From Methanothrix sp. (GTDB taxonomy: Archaea > Halobacteriota > Methanosarcinia > Methanotrichales > Methanotrichaceae), in the NCBI GenBank assembly GCA_037128175.1, contig JBAXWY010000041.1, positions 1 to 25,995 on the forward strand: a stretch of DNA of 25,995 nucleotides, in the 5' to 3' direction. Of this stretch, positions 25,342 through 25,995 are shown piece after piece (position 1 is the stretch's first letter; each line of letters begins with the position of its first letter). The translations under genes and the position numbers were made by a program. The notes beneath the pieces are model-generated. The model had not been told where the DNA came from. It saw only the letters and a list, made by a program, of their open reading frames with translations, and did not search any database.

Positions 25342-25839
25342 ATGTCCAAAACAGAGACGTTTCTAAAAGAGGCATTTGCCGGCGAGTCGCAGGCCAATCG
25401 CAAGTACAGCGCTTTTGCAACCAAGGCAGATAAAGAAGGATTTGCCCAGGCGGCCAGGCTCTTCCGGGCTGCTGCGGCAGCAGAAGAGGTTCATGCCGTA
25501 AACCATCTGCGAGTTTTAAAAGGCATCAAGTCCACCAAGGAGAACATGCAAGCGGCCATATCCGGAGAGGACGAGGAATGGGAAGCGATGTATCCGGAAA
25601 TGATTGAGACTGCCAAGGCAGAAGGCAATAAGGCGGCAGAAACATCCTTCCACTATGCCAATGAGGTGGAGAAGATTCATTCCAGGCTTTACAGGAAGCT
25701 CTTAGCAGACCTTAGCTCCGGCCAGGAGACTTTCCCCTACTTCGTCTGCCCCTACTGCGGCAACACGGTGGAGCGAGAAGCGCCCGGTGTCTGTCCCGTC
25801 TGCGGATGCGAAGGCAAGCTCTTCATGAAAGTTGATTGA
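25342..25839 (+). CDS. rbr: Rubrerythrin
   Basis: AFAGESQANRKY, EEVHA, GEDEE..MYP, EKIH, and C-terminal rubredoxin-like CPYC/CPVC. Confidence 0.93.
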   Translation: MSKTETFLKEAFAGESQANRKYSAFATKADKEGFAQAARLFRAAAAAEEVHAVNHLRVLKGIKSTKENMQAAISGEDEEWEAMYPEMIETAKAEGNKAAETSFHYANEVEKIHSRLYRKLLADLSSGQETFPYFVCPYCGNTVEREAPGVCPVCGCEGKLFMKVD

Positions 25840-25851
25840 TCTTTCTGTTTT

Positions 25852-25883
25852 TGAGAGGAGACGTATAGGCCGGTCTCCTCTCA
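25852..25883 (+). terminator. Inverted repeat after rubrerythrin
   Basis: Perfect 11-bp inverted repeat TGAGAGGAGAC / GTCTCCTCTCA, preceded by a T-rich tract. Confidence 0.5.
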
Positions 25884-25892
25884 CCTGATAAT

Positions 25893-25962
25893 TTTATCTT
25901 GTCGAGGTACAGAGGTAGAGAAGACCCCAGATTTCAGGCGGGGGATGAATCGTACCCCTGTC
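25893..25962 (-). mobile_element. IS200/IS605-type right-end-like hairpin (element may extend beyond the window)
   Basis: Minus strand reads GATTCATCCCCCGCCTGAAATCTGGGGTCTTCTC...GATAAA; same layout as 5089-5127. Confidence 0.5.
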
Positions 25963-25995
25963 ATGATTACTTTCGCTGCGCACTAATTGACTTAA

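Overview
Archaeal chromosomal window, most consistent with a Methanothrix/Methanosarcinales-type methanogen (archaeal TyrS, DUF2121/Connectase, PGF-CTERM surface protein, stand-alone ArcTGT C-terminal PUA subunit, bacterial-type glyA-folD). The left part (1-8.4 kb) is mostly housekeeping: tyrS, mobA, Connectase, folD, glyA, a PUA protein, iscS, a secreted protein and tRNA-Pro(GGG). Directly after the tRNA lies a decayed accessory island (about 8.56-10.92 kb). It contains an integrase N-terminal remnant, an alpha/beta-hydrolase pseudogene, a DUF2281-PIN toxin-antitoxin pair whose toxin has a nonsense codon, and a possible rhodanese fragment. These are interleaved with five long GC-rich hairpins (three clearly homologous, with compensatory changes) and ~9-bp-periodic CACAGAG/CACAAAG elements; this repeat array is the most unusual thing here. 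Next come a 1273-aa PGF-CTERM adhesin-like protein (7 CnaB/SdrD-like repeats plus vWA), an IS200/IS605-like mini-element abutting a Cys-rich gene fragment, a transglutaminase-like protein, an AAA ATPase and MBL hydrolase pair, an AI-2E transporter, Fe-S proteins, an nfnA/sudB without an adjacent partner, and rubrerythrin. All assignments were made by eye from motifs; no database searches or folding programs were run.
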